Below, one piece after another: positions 33,821-49,199 of a stretch of DNA of 64,000 nucleotides. The first letter of the stretch is position 1. Every line of letters begins with the position of its first letter. The notes beneath the pieces were generated by a model. The model had not been told where the DNA came from. It saw only the letters and a program-made list of their open reading frames with translations, and ran no database searches. A program made the position numbers and the translations under genes. This DNA is from Epiperipatus broadwayi (taxonomy: Eukaryota; Animalia; Onychophora): NCBI GenBank assembly GCA_028023455.1, contig JAQFVV010000009.1:5828001-5892000 (forward strand), given 5' to 3'.

Positions 33821-36800
33821 AATTTATTAAAGCATATGGAACAAAAGACTTTTTTATTTTATTTCTGTTTTTGTTAAAAGATTTAGCTAAAGTAACCAGT
33901 AAACATTGAATTAGTCCCCAATAGATGTACTGGCTTTTTTTACTAGTGCTGAACATTGCATCATATTAGAATAAGGTTTTTTTTCTCTATAGTCAGCATC
34001 TAGCCATACTTATCTAACTGACTACAGTATTTTTAATTCATAGCCTAGGGGAATGATTTATTCCATTTTTTTTTTTTTTAAATATTGTAACATTTGGCTT
34101 TGCCAGTGAAGCTAGAATTTCAGCTATTTAAATATAAAAAAGGGATAATTTTCAATAACTTAACTTTAATATAAGTTAACTTTATCAAAGCTTTATAATT
34201 AGATGCCAATTTAATTTATAAATTATTCCAAGTACTATTATAAATCAACATTATTAAAATTCATTTTAATATTTTATTCTATTAATCTAAATTTATTTAT
34301 AGTTGAGGTAATTTTCAAGTGTTTAAAAAAGATGTATTTTGCTATTTGGTAAGAAATTAGTGCTAAAAACTAATATTGCTTTCATAGTGCTTAGTATCTT
34401 AAAGTTTAGTATTTGAATTAAAAAGTAATAATAACCAGATCTAAATCTTTAATATCAGATATTAATATTAAAATTTGGTTACTTATAGTAGAGCATTTCT
34501 ATTCAAATTAACTATTAGTAAGAGTATATGCTTCAAGCTAATATTATTAAGATTATATTAGTAAAAATAAAGCTAGATTAGTTGATTTAATAGACAAAGA
34601 GTAGCTTATTAATATTAAAAGTTGTTAATTTTCAAGTGAAATAACATGTGTGTCAACATGCTTGCATTTATTAATTTTAGTTTACACTTCTTTGTTTTAT
34701 AATATTAAATATCATTTTAAGTATCTTTAATTTAATTGAAATGTTAAAGTGAATTCTGGTGAACTTCTAATTTATTTATTTATTTAATATAGTCTAAAAC
34801 AGTTATAAAAGAGTGATTTAATATTTTATTTTGTTATATTTTTATTCTAGCATAATGATTTTAGTTTCTTAAATAATTATTTCAGACAGCACATTTTAAT
34901 TAAGATATCTGAAAGATATGTAAATGAGTTCTATTTTTAGTTCTATTCTACAGATACAAAATTGACTTTTAAACCCTGAGATGGGAAGATTAAAGGAAGT
35001 GGTAAAAAGATATTTTTCCATCAATCAAAAGGAATCACAAGACTAAGAGTATAAAAGGTCTACACACACACCAAACATGACTGTGTAACTATTGAACTTC
35101 TACTAGAAAACATGTATGAAGGAGAAAGGAACTTGATTATATCTCAACCACAGAATGAATCATAAGTTCAAATTTTTAAATTATTTTATTTTATAAAGAA
35201 ATATGTATCTTTTAAAAATCTTTAAATTCAGGTACTAGAATTTAAGCTGATGTCACTGAAAATCCAAAAATCAACACTATTCAAAAGGAAAAGCAAAATG
35301 GAAAGGTTAAATAATTATTCACTGATAATTGCTGAAGTACATCTGTTTGTCAGCATGTCATGGGAATTACATATGGCTTGTCCTGCTCATTTAAGAATCT
35401 ATATTATTTTTAATCACATACTTGCAATGAACTCTATTGCAGATATAACTTTCCTTATATCTTAAGAATAAAATTATTGGAAACATATTTTACAATATTT
35501 ATGAAAGCATATTAATGTTTTAAAAATGCTGTATTTTTGATATTTTGAAATATACCATTTTTCTTTGATAAATGGTTTTTTCTTGGATAAATTTCTTTCT
35601 TTTAATAAATGAATATTAATCCTTAATCCTAGATTGGTGAACTTTTTGTGTTAAATTTTAAAATGACATTTTTATTGCTCTTCATAATTAGTAATTTATT
35701 ACCTTTGCTGATGAAGAAAAAAATCACTCTTGTATACTTCAATTTTATGCTTGAGATAAACTGAACAAGAGAAAATGTATTTTAAATTCATAAAATAAAG
35801 ATGTGTTTACTCTTATATTGTAAAAACATTACATTAATATTTCTAGTGAATTATGATTAAAAATTAAATGCAATCAATTTTTAATGAAACCTATATCATC
35901 ATATACTTTATTACTATTGTTAATGCTGAAAATGTGAATATGAAAATCAGCTCTTTCTCTCTCTAGAAGAAAACCTACTTATTTTAAAAGAAATATTTGC
36001 TCCTAGATCTCTATGTTTGAATATATTTTCCAGGATAAGTAAAAAACCAACTTAATGTTATAACATAAATTATTGCACCTAAGTTACTTAAGCATTTAAA
36101 TATTTTCATGAAAATGAACGGCCATCATTAATGTATTTGTGAGTGCTTATGCTGTGATCTAATTTAAGTTGCTTTATTACCAAAAAATGGAGAAATGTTA
36201 TATGCTTGCAAAACTGTGTTCTGGTAAATGATGAAACCTACAAGATAAATAATCTTAATACTTTAAAATTTGGTAAACTGGTTATAATTTAGAATTATAA
36301 TTGTTTTTATAATTTATTAGTCACTTGTTTTATGTATTCTTACTTAACATATTCTATGCATTATTTATTTATATAATACCATTTTATTAATGCTATATAA
36401 TGATTTTAATATTGTGTCACTTTAAAAGTAATGCTTTGTCCCTGGTCATGAGTGATTTACCTATTTTAGTGAATACTTATATATAAACCATTAAAGATAT
36501 ATATTCTTATTTTATTTATTTCAGGCTACACTTTATTAAGTCAGATTTGACAAAATAACTATCTTATTGGTTTTATACATCAGTTAATAATTCTTATATA
36601 CTTAACTTGCCAATTTATATTTCCAAGAGATAGTAGCTTTCTCTCTCTTAATAATATTGATTTTTGCTTGTATGCATATTTTCATAAACAGATGGTAGCC
36701 AAGTCTCAGCCTTCTTATGGTAATATGTATTTTCATATTTCATGTTTGAATAAATGTTTTGTTTGAGGAAACTTGTTTTTAGTATTTGTGATGGCCCAAT

Positions 36801-37229
36801 CCCATTTTTCTCATATGTACAGAGACAAAGGTCGTGGCATATTTATTTCCCCTCAGAATGTAGATGCATCTTTTGAGTTCATGCCATCACTAAGTTTATT
36901 GCCTTTTGCTCTCAGAAGTATATTTGTATTGCAGCCACATATGGTGTACAATATTTCTTTATTATTATGGCAACTGATATAGCTATTTATTTTTTGAAAT
37001 GTCATTCTATCAAGTTTCTGGACTTGATATTGACCAGGCAAAATCAAACCATTGATTATTCAATGATCATAAAACCTCTTAGTGTCAGGGGTCATTGGCA
37101 CCCATAAGCTGGGGTCCCATTCTAATATAAAATGGAAGGCTTTAAAGTCTTTCTATCTAGTAATAAAAACTTTGTAAATTTGAAGCAGATAGAAGTGATA
37201 ATACAGAATGCTATAGAAACAATTTAATT

Positions 37230-37680
37230 AGGGTTGGCTACACAAGCACTATACTTCACAAACAAATAAGGATCTTTAATAATGCACATATTTAATGATC
37301 ATGTAACACCAAACCATAAATCAACATGCCATACATCCATAGCATACACTCAAAGATATCCATTTTGCACATGGACATGAATATCAGTTTCAGATGTTCT
37401 GTTACTAAATAGATTTATCAATAATTCTAAGGATAGGATTAATCATGAAGACAAAATTCACTTGATTTTATGCTCTGGATTGCAAGTTCTACCATGGCCA
37501 ATACTATAGAGAAATCCATGGACACCTAAAATCTAGAATAGCTCAGCATGTTTATTTATATAATAGAGCCAAATCCAGCAGCAGTTATAACTCAGTATTT
37601 ATTGATCACAAAAATAACACTGGTCATTCCTTCAAACCTGCCACCATTAAGATTGTCTGCTTCAAAAATAATAATAAACA
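37230..37680 (+). mobile_element. Penelope-like element fragment (GIY-YIG endonuclease)
   Basis: Reads NMPYIHSI, LDCKFYHGQYYRE..HLKSRIAQH and SVFIDHKNNTGHSFKPATIKIV, the typical PLE linker/GIY-YIG pattern. Confidence 0.65.
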
Positions 37681-38899
37681 GAAAATAAAAAAAACTTGGT
37701 ATATTATCAATTCCCAAAACTCTATAAATATTAGAGCCAATAGCATTCCTCTTAGTAAAGACTAGTACTAGTCATTTAATATGACATAGCATGAAGTTTT
37801 GCATGCAAATTTATAATAATTAGCAGCAGTTTAATTTACATTTTATACACAGATGAATAATGCTAATATGCTGCTGATATTATTTTTTGATCATGCTTTG
37901 ACAAAGATACACTGTATTGGAAGCCTGACTTAGCAAATAAGGTTTTTAACTTAAATTTATTACCATATTTGACTTTCAGTTTTCTTACATATTATCTATG
38001 ATTTACACTCATAATCTAGTTTATATTAAAGGTATGAATCTTTTTCAGTTTATTTGTAAACAATTTTGCATACGTTTTTTTAATAGTTTTATAATGAATA
38101 TAATTTTCTTTCTTCTTTTCAGTTCTGCATTTTTAAACATGTGCAATAACATTGAGATGTTTTAAAATCAAGTAAATAGATTGTTTATTTTTAATTTAGA
38201 TTTAGTATTTTTAATCAAATTAAAGTTCATTATTATGAAATCATTTTTGTTTCAAAATAACAAAATTACAATACAACGAATGTTATTTTTGCCTTAAGCA
38301 AAGTACTATTAGTAAAAAATTTAATAGTAAAAGTGAATAAATACAGCACAGTTTTTAAACTAATGTGCACATTTTAAAATTATATATGGTATTAATATAT
38401 TTGGTTGCTATATGTCATTAAAATATGATTTTGATTATTTATTACATTAAATGAAACACTTTTGGGGGGGCTTCATAATCATTAACGATGAAAATCTTTA
38501 CTTTGGATATAGCATTAATGATCTGATTGTTTTGGAAAGATGCTGGATGAAAATTAAATAAAATACTGCATTGTACATTCATTAATTATATTTTAAGTTT
38601 ATAATCAAAATATTGTATACAGCACTAATATTATTTACTGTATTGTGTATTATGAATTAACTCTCAGTATAAATATCATTTTTTTGCTTTTGGAAGATAT
38701 AGCATTAATAACTATCCTATGATGATATTAAACTTAGAAAATGGCCACAAAAAAAATTTGTTTTAATTTTTTTAAAATCGAAATAGTAGATACAAATTGA
38801 TGACAATCACTATTGTGAATCTTCGCATAAAGGACATATGCTCAGCAAGGTATAGGGGTAATTTCAAATAATATCATAGACCTATTTGATTAATTGGGT

Positions 38900-40400
38900 C
38901 AAATGCTTGGACCAATTCAATTAAAAGCAACATATAAATAATTCTTTTAATCCTATTCTTTTCTTGCATTTGACTGACACAAAAAACATGTCTATATTTA
39001 GTTATTAATGCTTTAAATTTTTTCATAAATATTCCTTTATGACTGGAATCAACAAAAATCTTGAAAATACTTTTGCTGCAGTAGATAATGATATTCAATG
39101 AGAATTACTACAATCTCGTCCATTATCAATTGGAACAATAAATGCATTCATGACACAACTTTAATATAAGTTCATATATTTCTAAAAAAATCCAATATTT
39201 TTGACAATAATATCACATTTAAAAAACTCCAGATAAGTCATCTCACTAGCCGATTGATATATGATGAATGTTGTCTTTTAATATTTCCCCATTCCTCCAT
39301 TTGTTGCATCTGTTGGTTAATTTCTTCTTTATATTGAATGGGAATAGGACATGACCTACTTTAAAAATAAGTCCCAATTTTAATCCTAATACGATAAATG
39401 TATTCTTTTACGATTCCTGGCTTTACCAAAAATACTTCTCTATAATGTTTCAGTATTTGGCTTAGACTCATTTATACTTTGAATTTTTTTTTTAAGTCTT
39501 CCAACATGTCTCTTTCTGTTATATAGGTTACTTTTGTAATTACTTGCCCTTTAAACAGTTATAAAATAATATTATTTCATCTTTCATCTATACCGAATTA
39601 TCTTTTATAATTAATTTTATTCTGAGTTTGATGCATGAAGTCTGACACCAATATCACATCTATTAATCCAGGCATTGACAACAAAATGTGCATTTCCTTG
39701 TTCTCATTCTCTTTGGTCCAACAAAGCATACATTTCTATACCCTGAATTCTTACAGATAGAATTGAACCCGTATCTTGCGTCTGATTATTCATCTTGTGT
39801 TCTAAGACTATGTTACTAGATGTCACCTTGTGTTCTTTCCTTCTCAATATATACTTTTTTCTGCCCTTTTTCTCCTTAACCCCCCCCCCATTCTCTTTTA
39901 TTGACTCTATATCTCTCAGCATTTGCACTATCTCCTCTATTCATTGATTTATATAAATTACGAGACTATTTTATATTGTTTTCGATAAATTTTTCTCTAA
40001 TTGTCCAAATTATCTGAGATTGTCATACGATAATCTATGAGAGTTTTTAATCTAACTGCCTGTCTAAAAATAAAAAGCTATTTAGAACCTTCGCCTTCTC
40101 TCTTTTTGTAATTCTCATGCTTGACACTCTGTCAGATACCTTGTTTTGGCATACTCCAGAATGTATGTAAAGTACACATCCTATACTCTTTAAAGTTGCA
40201 GACTGTGGGATATTGGCTTCCACCAGTCTCATGCTATGTCCTCCAAATAGTTACTTGCAATAATTATCTTCTTTTTCTCTCTTAATCTGTAAAATCAAAA
40301 GCAGTCTTTTAAACATTCTACGTGCTTGAGAGAACTCTCCTCCATACCCCTCTAAACATCTTAATTTTGATCACATCTTCTATATTCATTTTTTATACAT
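38900..40400 (-). mobile_element. Decayed Gypsy LTR-retrotransposon gag-pol fragment
   Basis: Protease-like VRIQGIEMYALLD (~39720-39760), followed by RT-start CPIPIQYKEEINQQMQQMEEWG (~39285-39350) and a KIFVD-like segment. Confidence 0.7.
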
Positions 40401-40681
40401 CTATTTAAACCATGAATTTCCCCTCAGATCCTATATACTTCCCACAACCGATCTACAAATGCCCCAAATCTACTTTTACCCCCTCCTTTTCTCAGGACAT
40501 TTTATGTTCTAAAGGCCTTACAGTGGAGTGCTATTTTATATTTATTACTTCCGTATTTATTATGTGGTGGTATGTATGATCACTAATGGGTGTCACCAGA
40601 CCAAAGTCTGGAACCAGAATCACCACTAGGGATAGTCCATCTTTAAGAAGCTATTCATATTTTATTTTTATTAGCAATTAT

Positions 40682-40960
40682 ACATGCCACAATAAAACAG
40701 TCATTTAAATATGCAAACAGCCACCCAGAATAAAATAGGTTTGTATTAAATGTATAGAAAAGATAATTAGATGGATAACATTTGATAGATAGAATATTTA
40801 ATTAATAAAAAAAAAAATACACATGCCACAATAAACCAATCATTTATGTATGCAAACACCCACCCAGAATAAAATAGGTTTGTATTACCTCCTTAAATGT
40901 ATAAAAAAAATAATAGACGGATAACATATATTTAATTAATAAAAAAAAAAAAATGCACAT
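40682..40960. repeat. ~139-bp tandem duplication
   Basis: acatgccacaataaa...ccacccagaataaaataggtttgtatta...tttaattaataaaaaaa at 40682 and 40821. Confidence 0.85.
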
Positions 40961-40999
40961 AAAATAACAATAATTAGTTTTACACTATTTTTTATTAAT

Positions 41000-41620
41000 C
41001 TTACATTTTAAGAAAACGAACTGATTCGATCATTATGTAAATCCCTAAACAAACAACATTATTTCTCTCCATTTAAGGCCAATTCCAATATATTACCCAA
41101 ACATGAATTCTGGCTCTAAATAAATTTTATATATATAAATATTGAAACAAAAGGGTATTCCTGAAAGACATAGAGATTAATATGATTCGTAATTGCCCAC
41201 TAGTAAATATTTCTTTCGACCTGAAAGTGACCTGAGCACATATAACAAGATGGTATCTGGTAAAAATACCAAATCTCAATCCCTTGGGGTTTATTTAGAA
41301 AATATCATATCAATAAAAGACACTTAATTCAAACCTAGATATAAATGTTCTAATACCTAATCCACCCTATGAGATAGATTGAATCTACTATCATTAAATT
41401 ATCTGATGACTAAATAATAATATACATCTGTAAACAAAATCTAATAAGTTTATAAAATACATATTAATTTACATAATTTATATCATAGTCTATCTTATTC
41501 TTTTCTTTCATTTTCCTTACTACTTTTAATATAATAATTTAAACATAAATTTAATAACTCTTTCTATCGCAACGAGTCCCATTATACCCTTATAATACTA
41601 TTCATATTTACCCATCTATA
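41000..41620 (-). mobile_element. Possible L1/Tx1-like LINE remnant
   Basis: A GGLGI motif (~41360) and coding-like composition. Otherwise heavily decayed. Confidence 0.3.
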
Positions 41621-42489
41621 AATTAGGTATGGTCCATAAGATGAATTACAAAGGACAAGACATTTGTTAGGTGACATGAGTTCACAAAGACTATTGGCCA
41701 GCTTGCAGATCACACATCTGGAATGGAGAGTTTACTGGTAACTGCACATCAGTTGTTACATGCGATAGTTCACTTTCAAAAGTTTGCACTAAAATTAGAA
41801 TTACATCCTTGACTAATTGACTGCAGCATTCTTTTTATGAGAACAGGACACATTTTTCAGTTGCATATGTAGAGTCTGCTAGTGGAAAGTAGTTCACAGG
41901 ATGAAACATGGTTGTATATAGCTAGACAACATGGGGTAGCTTTTTTTTCTTTAAAAAAAACTCTCATCTCTCAAAAGAAAAATATTTCTTTTTTATAGTA
42001 TTTGGAGAACCCCTCCCTCTCTGCTGTCTCTTAATATTTTCATATTGGGGAATTTCACACTTTATTTCTAATTTTGGTAACATATACAATAAATATGAAG
42101 CCAGTAAATATTTTCTTTTCTTATTTCACCTCCAGGTCTTATTTCCTTATCTGGGGTTAATGACATTATTAATTAACAAATTTTTATGTGCAATTAGGAA
42201 CTTATTGTGATTTACAAAATCTAGATTAAATTCTTTGCTGTAACATATATTCACAATAGTGCATATCATTTTTCTGACATTTACATATCAGACTGTAATT
42301 AAAATTTTTCAAATAAATCTTAATTACTCACTATTTAACATTATCAATCTATTTTAGTCAATTTATTTATTAATTATATACATTTTTTATTAACATTCAC
42401 AATATATATGGCCAAAATGGATATAAATAAAAATATTTACTACTCTATTATGACATGGAAAAATAACATCTCAATACTTAAACTCATTT

Positions 42490-45400
42490 AGTACCAGATC
42501 TTTGTGTGAGGATTTACCAAAGCAAGCATCATCAATTTATATCTATAATGTTGATTTACACTCGATTATTCACTATAACAATCTTTAAAAAAAAATGTCA
42601 AAATTTATTTTTGGTGGCTATTTTGTAAGACTGATGGTATAAAGATAAGTCACTTTATTAAAGCTATGTCATCCAAAATCAAAATAATGACATTTATACT
42701 AAAAATGTACAAGATTTATTCATTATATACAGTACATAATGATTAAATATGATTAATGTAGAGTAAAGTATTTTATTTAATTTTCATCCAATGTCCTTCA
42801 ATTAATGTACAGTATTTTATTTAATTTTCATACAATGTCCTTTCAAGACAATTATTACTACATTAATGACTTATCCAAAGTAAAAAATTTCATCATTAAT
42901 GATTACAAAAAAAAGTGGATTCATTCAGATTTTTGATGGCATGTAACAGAGGGATCGACAAGTTGATCTTGTTTATTCCTCTTTAATTACAAATTTAATT
43001 AAAACTGAAAACATTTTATTTATCATTATTTTGTATTATTGTTTAATTCTCTTTAAGTGTATTGTTATTGTTTATTTTTCTTTAAAATGGTGAAATCAGT
43101 AATTTTCTTATAAGTCCGGATAAATGAATTAATTTGGATCAGTAGAAGTGAAACAGCAAGTCAGATGAATACAACTATAAGCAAATCACATTATATGCAT
43201 TTTGTTTATAAATGTGTTTACTCATAAGTACATCATGCACTTCCCTCTATTAGAATTTCAAGTGAGTTTCAGATGCTCTAAATTTATCGTTGGATTTACT
43301 ATTATAAACATTTTTTATTTTAATAAAATATTTAAAAGTTGTTTTTTTTTTTTTTAATTTCTTTATGGGAAATGGATTGTTTCTTTAGAATGGTAAATGA
43401 AGTGTTGTTTGATTTGAAATTCATCAGTAGGAATTATAGAAAAAAAGCAATATGGAGAGACATTTTTGATCATTACATGTAAAATATGATGAAGATTTTC
43501 CCCAAATTCCAAAATATGTAAATCAAAATTATAACTTTATAGAAATATGTAAATCAAAAATTATAAATTTAATGGCAATACTTTCTGAGCAACAAAATAT
43601 GATTTCAAAAATAATAATTAAACCAATAGCAGCCATTATTGCATCTTTGAAAGTGTGTCATTTATTAGCAAAAGCAAAAAAAGCTTTTATGGATAAGAGA
43701 ATTAAAAAAATCATTCCTTCAACAGCATAACCTTTATTTTCTGATTTTAAAAATGAAATCATTTCAAATATTAAAGATTTACAACTTTCCAGAACAATGA
43801 TTATATAAAGAATTGAAATTTTAAGTGTCTATCTGAATACTCATTAATGTCAGATATTTATCAGAGTGTTGTATTTTCATTATAATAAATCAAACAACTT
43901 CACTGTTACTGCTCAGTTAATAGTATTTATTCACATAGTATTTCAAGATTATTCAAATAAAGAAGAACTTGTCGACAATTACATCATAATTGGGAAGGAC
44001 TAGAAGAAAAAACATTTTGTTGGCATTTGATGAATTTGTGAAACAATACAAACATCTGCTTTTTTAACCTGTGTCTATTACTACTGATAATGCTCCTGCA
44101 ATGATAAGTAATAAATAAGGTTTCAATTCATTATGTAAAAACAATGACAAATATCCAGTTTTTTAAAGTACCACTGTATTATCCACCAACAAGTACAATG
44201 TAGTAAAACATTAAACACAAAATATGTTTTGGATATTACATTTAAAATTGTGTTCAGAGGAAGAACCCTGCAATTGTTATAAATAGCTTCTGTTAAATAA
44301 GAATGTTCACTGGCCCAGCAGAAGAAAATTTTTAGAAAGATTTCTTGTAATAATTAATGATATAAAAGATTTTCTTAATGAAAAAGGAGATATTTATCCA
44401 CAATTGAGTAATAAAAGATGATTGTTACATCTTATCATTTTCAATAGATTTCTGTATAAAATGAAGCAATTTGAATTTAGAGTTCCAAGATAGAGATAAG
44501 AATTTAATTGATATATTAAGTTCAATAAAAACTTTCCAACAATACTTACTTTTACTGAAGAAAAATATAAATGACAGCAAATTTAGACATCTCCCATATT
44601 TATTAAAATTTTTTGAACAAAATCACAAAATGCTTCGCTGTAATTTAAAAAAAAAAATTTAAGTAGAATTAGTTGAACAAAAAAAATCCAAAATTTAAAG
44701 ATTTTAATAAAATTGAAGTGATTGTATCTTTTATCAATAATCCATTTCAAGAAAACTTGAACATTACATAAATTTCAAATAAAATTAGTTGTTGTTTGAT
44801 GTAAACCAAGCTGAAGTAGAACTTGAGAAAATAAACATTAAAAATAGTTTACACTTAAAATTAATAAATAATAAAGTCATTTAGAAGTATAAATATGAAA
44901 CATTTCAAATATAAATTGATATTACATGAAAAATTCTGTCATGTTTTGGATCTACATACATACCATAATCCACTTTTTCAAATATGAATGACATAAAAAA
45001 TCAATTGAAGAACTAAATTACAAACGATCATTTGAATGATAGGTTGTGATTGGTTACTTCTTCATACTAACCTGACTACAAAACTATTGTGAGTCCAAAT
45101 AATGCCAAATTTCACTTTTTTTTTTTTTAAAAAAAAATCAACTAGCATTTCCTGTAACTTGTGAGTGGTAAATCTATTGTTTTTTCTAACTTTAGTTTTC
45201 AAAAATAGAGAAATAAATATTTTATTCTATTGTTTTATTTGTTGTATATTAAAATAATTATAAATGATAATTTTTTAATTACACAAATAAAGTTTTTAGT
45301 TTCTTTACACTTTTAGGGCTGGAAGAGTAGGTCCTCCAAAATGAGTGAGCACATTTAACTGCATGGTTGTACATAAACAGATATCAGACTGAGGGAACAC

Positions 45401-48170
45401 AATCTTTATAAAAGAGTAGATCATCAAATAACTTAGTATAAAAAATTGCATTGTAAAAAAGTTTGAACACCATTGACATTCAAGATCCAAATGAATGAAT
45501 AATGAAAATTGTAAAATGTGTACAGAAGTTTAAAAACTGTATACTATATTTACTCACTTTTATGAATTAAATTTTTTATGAATGATACCTTGCTTGTGGC
45601 AAAAATTATTATTGTATTGTAAAATTTAGTTATAATTGTTATTTTAAAAAAAAAGATTTCATAAATTATACAAATAATCAACTTTATATGATAAAAGTTT
45701 ACTAAATACAATGAAAGTTCAAAATATCATTTATTGTATTGTACTTGCTTAATTTCAAATCAGAATATTCAGACCTATAATAATTCATTTTAAATTGTGT
45801 ATATTAGCTAAAATATTCAGTCAACTAATTTTGAATTAAAAACTTTTCAGTTAAATCAAACTGTTATCGTCATAAATCTAAAATTTTTTTGGTAAAAAGG
45901 AATGAGGGAATGATTTCATAATTTATGCATTAATAATCAACTTTATATGATTAAAAGTTATTAAATCTAATTAAAAATAACAATCTACTTATTTGATTTT
46001 AAATCATCTCGTAATTTATTTCAGATTTCCAAGGTAATAATGGCAGGCATTATTGCAAATATAAAAAATATAGTACCAAAAACAAAATGGGAATTTCATA
46101 ACTAAAAATAAATTTTGGCCATATACTATTAATATTTAATTACAGTATAAATATTAGCTAAAATATTCAGTCAATCAATTTCAGATTAAAATCTTTATGA
46201 ATTATCAATCAAAATGAAATTATTATTGTAAATGTATTTTCGGTAAGAAAAAAATGTGAGAACCATATCATGCATTATGCAATTAATAATAAATTTTATA
46301 TGCTGAAAATGCAATGCAAATAAATTGAAGAATATACTTTAATTTTTATTTTAAGAGCCCATATTTCTGCTATAATAACTTATTGCATTATTCGAAAAAT
46401 TTCTGTTATAATAAAAAAATGTGACATTTCATGCCAAAAATATGCCACTGCTAGCTATTTATATACAAAATACTGTTTATTTAGATCTGCATATTATATA
46501 TTATATAGAAAAATAAAAATGCATTAATTATTTATTACAATATGCAAGCACAAAATGCATTAGGATACTTTTTTTTTTCTTTTTTAATAAGTCAGATTTT
46601 AATGATTTTTTAAGTTAACTGCAATTGGGTTTTGATAATGAATAGTATTGTCATTTGACTGCTTTCACCCTAATGATAAATAATAAATCTTTATAGTCAA
46701 TTAAATAAATTGTTATTAAACAGTGCTTTTTGTAATTCTAAATAATTTCATAAAAATAATATAATACAGTACTACAAATTAAAAAAAAAAGTCAGTATGG
46801 GTTTTCTTTCAGCATAATGAGAAACAATTGTGTGGAAGAAAAAAAATGTTAACTGCAGTTTTACTTTCATTTTCTTGGTCCATTTTGCTGCAAACTTGAA
46901 CAATAAATGCAGATCTTTTTATTTTCTAGCTATATTAAAAAAAATTTACACATTTTTTTTAAAAAAGCTTATAAATTTTCATCTGGACTTATGGCAACAA
47001 GTAATAACACTGACCACCATATCACTTATTCAACCTATGCATCAAGAAACTATTGTAACCTTCAATAACTAATGGAGTATATCACTAACATGTTGGATAA
47101 GGATGCTGGGAAAACAATTATATAACTCTGGAAGAAATCAATATAAAATCAACTGTTGATTTTATAGGCAATGCATAAACAGAGATTACTAACACAATTC
47201 TTAACCTTACGTGCAAGAAAATCTGCCCGCAATTCATCACAAGCACTGAAATTGAAAAAGAACCTACATCAATCATATAAAAAAATATACTTGGGCTAAC
47301 CAAGAGAGCAGCATTTACAGAAGTTAATAATAACACTGAAGAGCTTTTGGTATCACACACAGAATAATTAACTGAGGAATTACTGCAATTGGAAGAAAAA
47401 GACAATGAAAAAAAGATAATCAATAAGACTGTACAGAAGAATCCAGACATCAAGAAACTAAAGGAATTTGTTTTACATCAGAAGATCATGAACAGCATTT
47501 TGGACAAATCTGACTGAGAACACACCATTAAATTTAATAATACCTTAAATCAAATAATCAGACCTTATAAGATGTTGTATGAAAAAAAAGTCAAAGAAGC
47601 ACATCAATCGTCGATTCTAAACTTTTTCTTCAGATATCCCTCAACCATCAAGAGCTGCTCTTCCAAAAAAAATTCCAAGATTCTCAAGGGATTTACACGA
47701 TGATAGACCTTAGAATGAGCAACTAATAAAATGACTCAGAAAACTGGATAATGATGATTGGGAATGGATCACAGGACAAAACAACTTTAAGCTAAGTGAT
47801 TTTCTTTTCTTTTTACATAGATTTAAGTTGCATTATCATACATACATACATATTTTAAGTGTATACCTGCATAATGCAAACACAGCATAGTTTACACAAG
47901 AACATAGTGTTCATTAGGGTTCTTTTTTTATACTCTATACACTACATTAAGTTATTTATTAATACAATGTTCACAGTTTATAATATAATTTTTATCTAGA
48001 ATAACTTAATAAATTTTTCCCCATAGAAAATCATTATAATGGTTTGCTTTTATGTGATATTCTTGCTTTACTATGAATTAATAGGGTAAAAGTGCATTTC
48101 TAAAAACCTGAACATCAATTTTCTTGTGAATATGACTAAAATAAGATGTATTTTTTACTGCAACTGTTAT
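42490..48170 (+). mobile_element. Old pogo/Tigger-related repeat, copy 1 (interrupted by a hAT)
   Basis: Collinear with 54430-56545. The transposase relic starts MATSN at 46991 and jumps to TTISLIQPMHQETIVTF (pogo DDE motif TTSLIQPMDQG), then to the C-terminal part. Confidence 0.6.
42947..45475 (+). mobile_element. Decayed hAT transposon (SPIN/GTF2IRD2-like)
   Basis: Transposase relic ~43400-45120 with NMERHF, VSITTDNAPAM (44071) and YHCIIHQQV (44169). Degenerate TIRs cagagggatcgacaagtt / aagtttgaacaccattg. TSD gcatgtaa/acattcaa (5/8). Absent from the homologous copy at ~54850. Confidence 0.75.
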
Positions 48171-48295
48171 TTTAATCTTAAAGCATAATAATCAGATCTG
48201 AACAATCTGCACTTATAAGTACTTGTGTATTACAAATTTCTCATTTTAAGAATAGATATATCCTTGCTTTTTTATATAAATTTTTCTATTTAAAT

Positions 48296-48720
48296 CAGTG
48301 GTTCCCAAACTTTTTTACCATGCTGCACTTATGCATCTCTAAAATCCTGACCCCTTTCCTTTCCTGTGACTACTACTCACATAGAGGAAGCCTAAAAAGT
48401 CATTATCAAAAGGACAGTTGAAATACAATGGAGTTTCAAGCCACAAAACTTCCTCCAAGTAACAATGGAGAGGTGTTGACAATGGAGTTTCAAGCCACAA
48501 AACTTCCTCCAAGTAACAATGGAGAGGTAAGAAGTAAAGATTATCTACACAGGAAAGACACTGAGAGATTGCAAGGAAAGAGGGAAATTTAAAAAAAAAA
48601 AATTCTTACCTTAATTTATGAATCAGATATAAGAACAATTAGCGAGCATTCACTGTTAATATTTCATTCGCAAATTGTCCCCCCCCCCATGGGACATGTG
48701 CCCCACATTAGAAACCACTA
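48296..48720. mobile_element. hAT MITE with internal 54-bp duplication
   Basis: cagtggttcccaaac ... cattagaaaccacta. TSD atttaaat/atctaaat. Duplication at 48425 and 48479. Confidence 0.8.
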
Positions 48721-49199
48721 ATCTAAATAAAGAGAATGTGATAGTCAATCCATGTGCTACAGTAGCAAAAGTATTATTTCCAAAAAATTTTGATCAAAGC
48801 TTTTTGCTTATATCAACATGTGCATTAAAGTCTCCAAAAATTAAAATATGATCTTTTAATGATAATGATGCTATCTACAAGATATACTAGAGCTTTAGTT
48901 CTCTCAGTCTTGTGTTGGAACATATAAACACTAATAAAATGAGCAGGAATCCTGTTGCTTAAAGATGAATTTTAATGCCATTAGCCTTTCATTAATAGAT
49001 CAAACACTTTATAGCAAATGTAATACCATACAATCTTTTTACACATGATCTGCTCTTGCAAAAAAAATACTTCTAGCCACTTACCCATTCTATTAAACTT
49101 GCCTTCTTGTAGAGTTAATAACCAGAATTCATACATTTCACATACCTGTTTCAAGAAAAAGATCAAATTTATAAATTAGTCTATACTTGTCCAAATTTG

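Noticed and set aside
36692-36719. Candidate 28-nt micro-exon (cag|ATGG...TATG|gtaata)
   Set aside because: It has good splice dinucleotides, but no recognisable product or partner exons. It cannot be supported without RNA-seq.
36790-37060. Possible pogo DDE fragment (ILPGQYQVQKLD)
   Set aside because: Only a loose resemblance to LPxxxTxxxQPLD, with no supporting motifs.
41640-41940. GC-richer patch with protein-like readings
   Set aside because: Stops occur in all the frames I read and no family was recognised.
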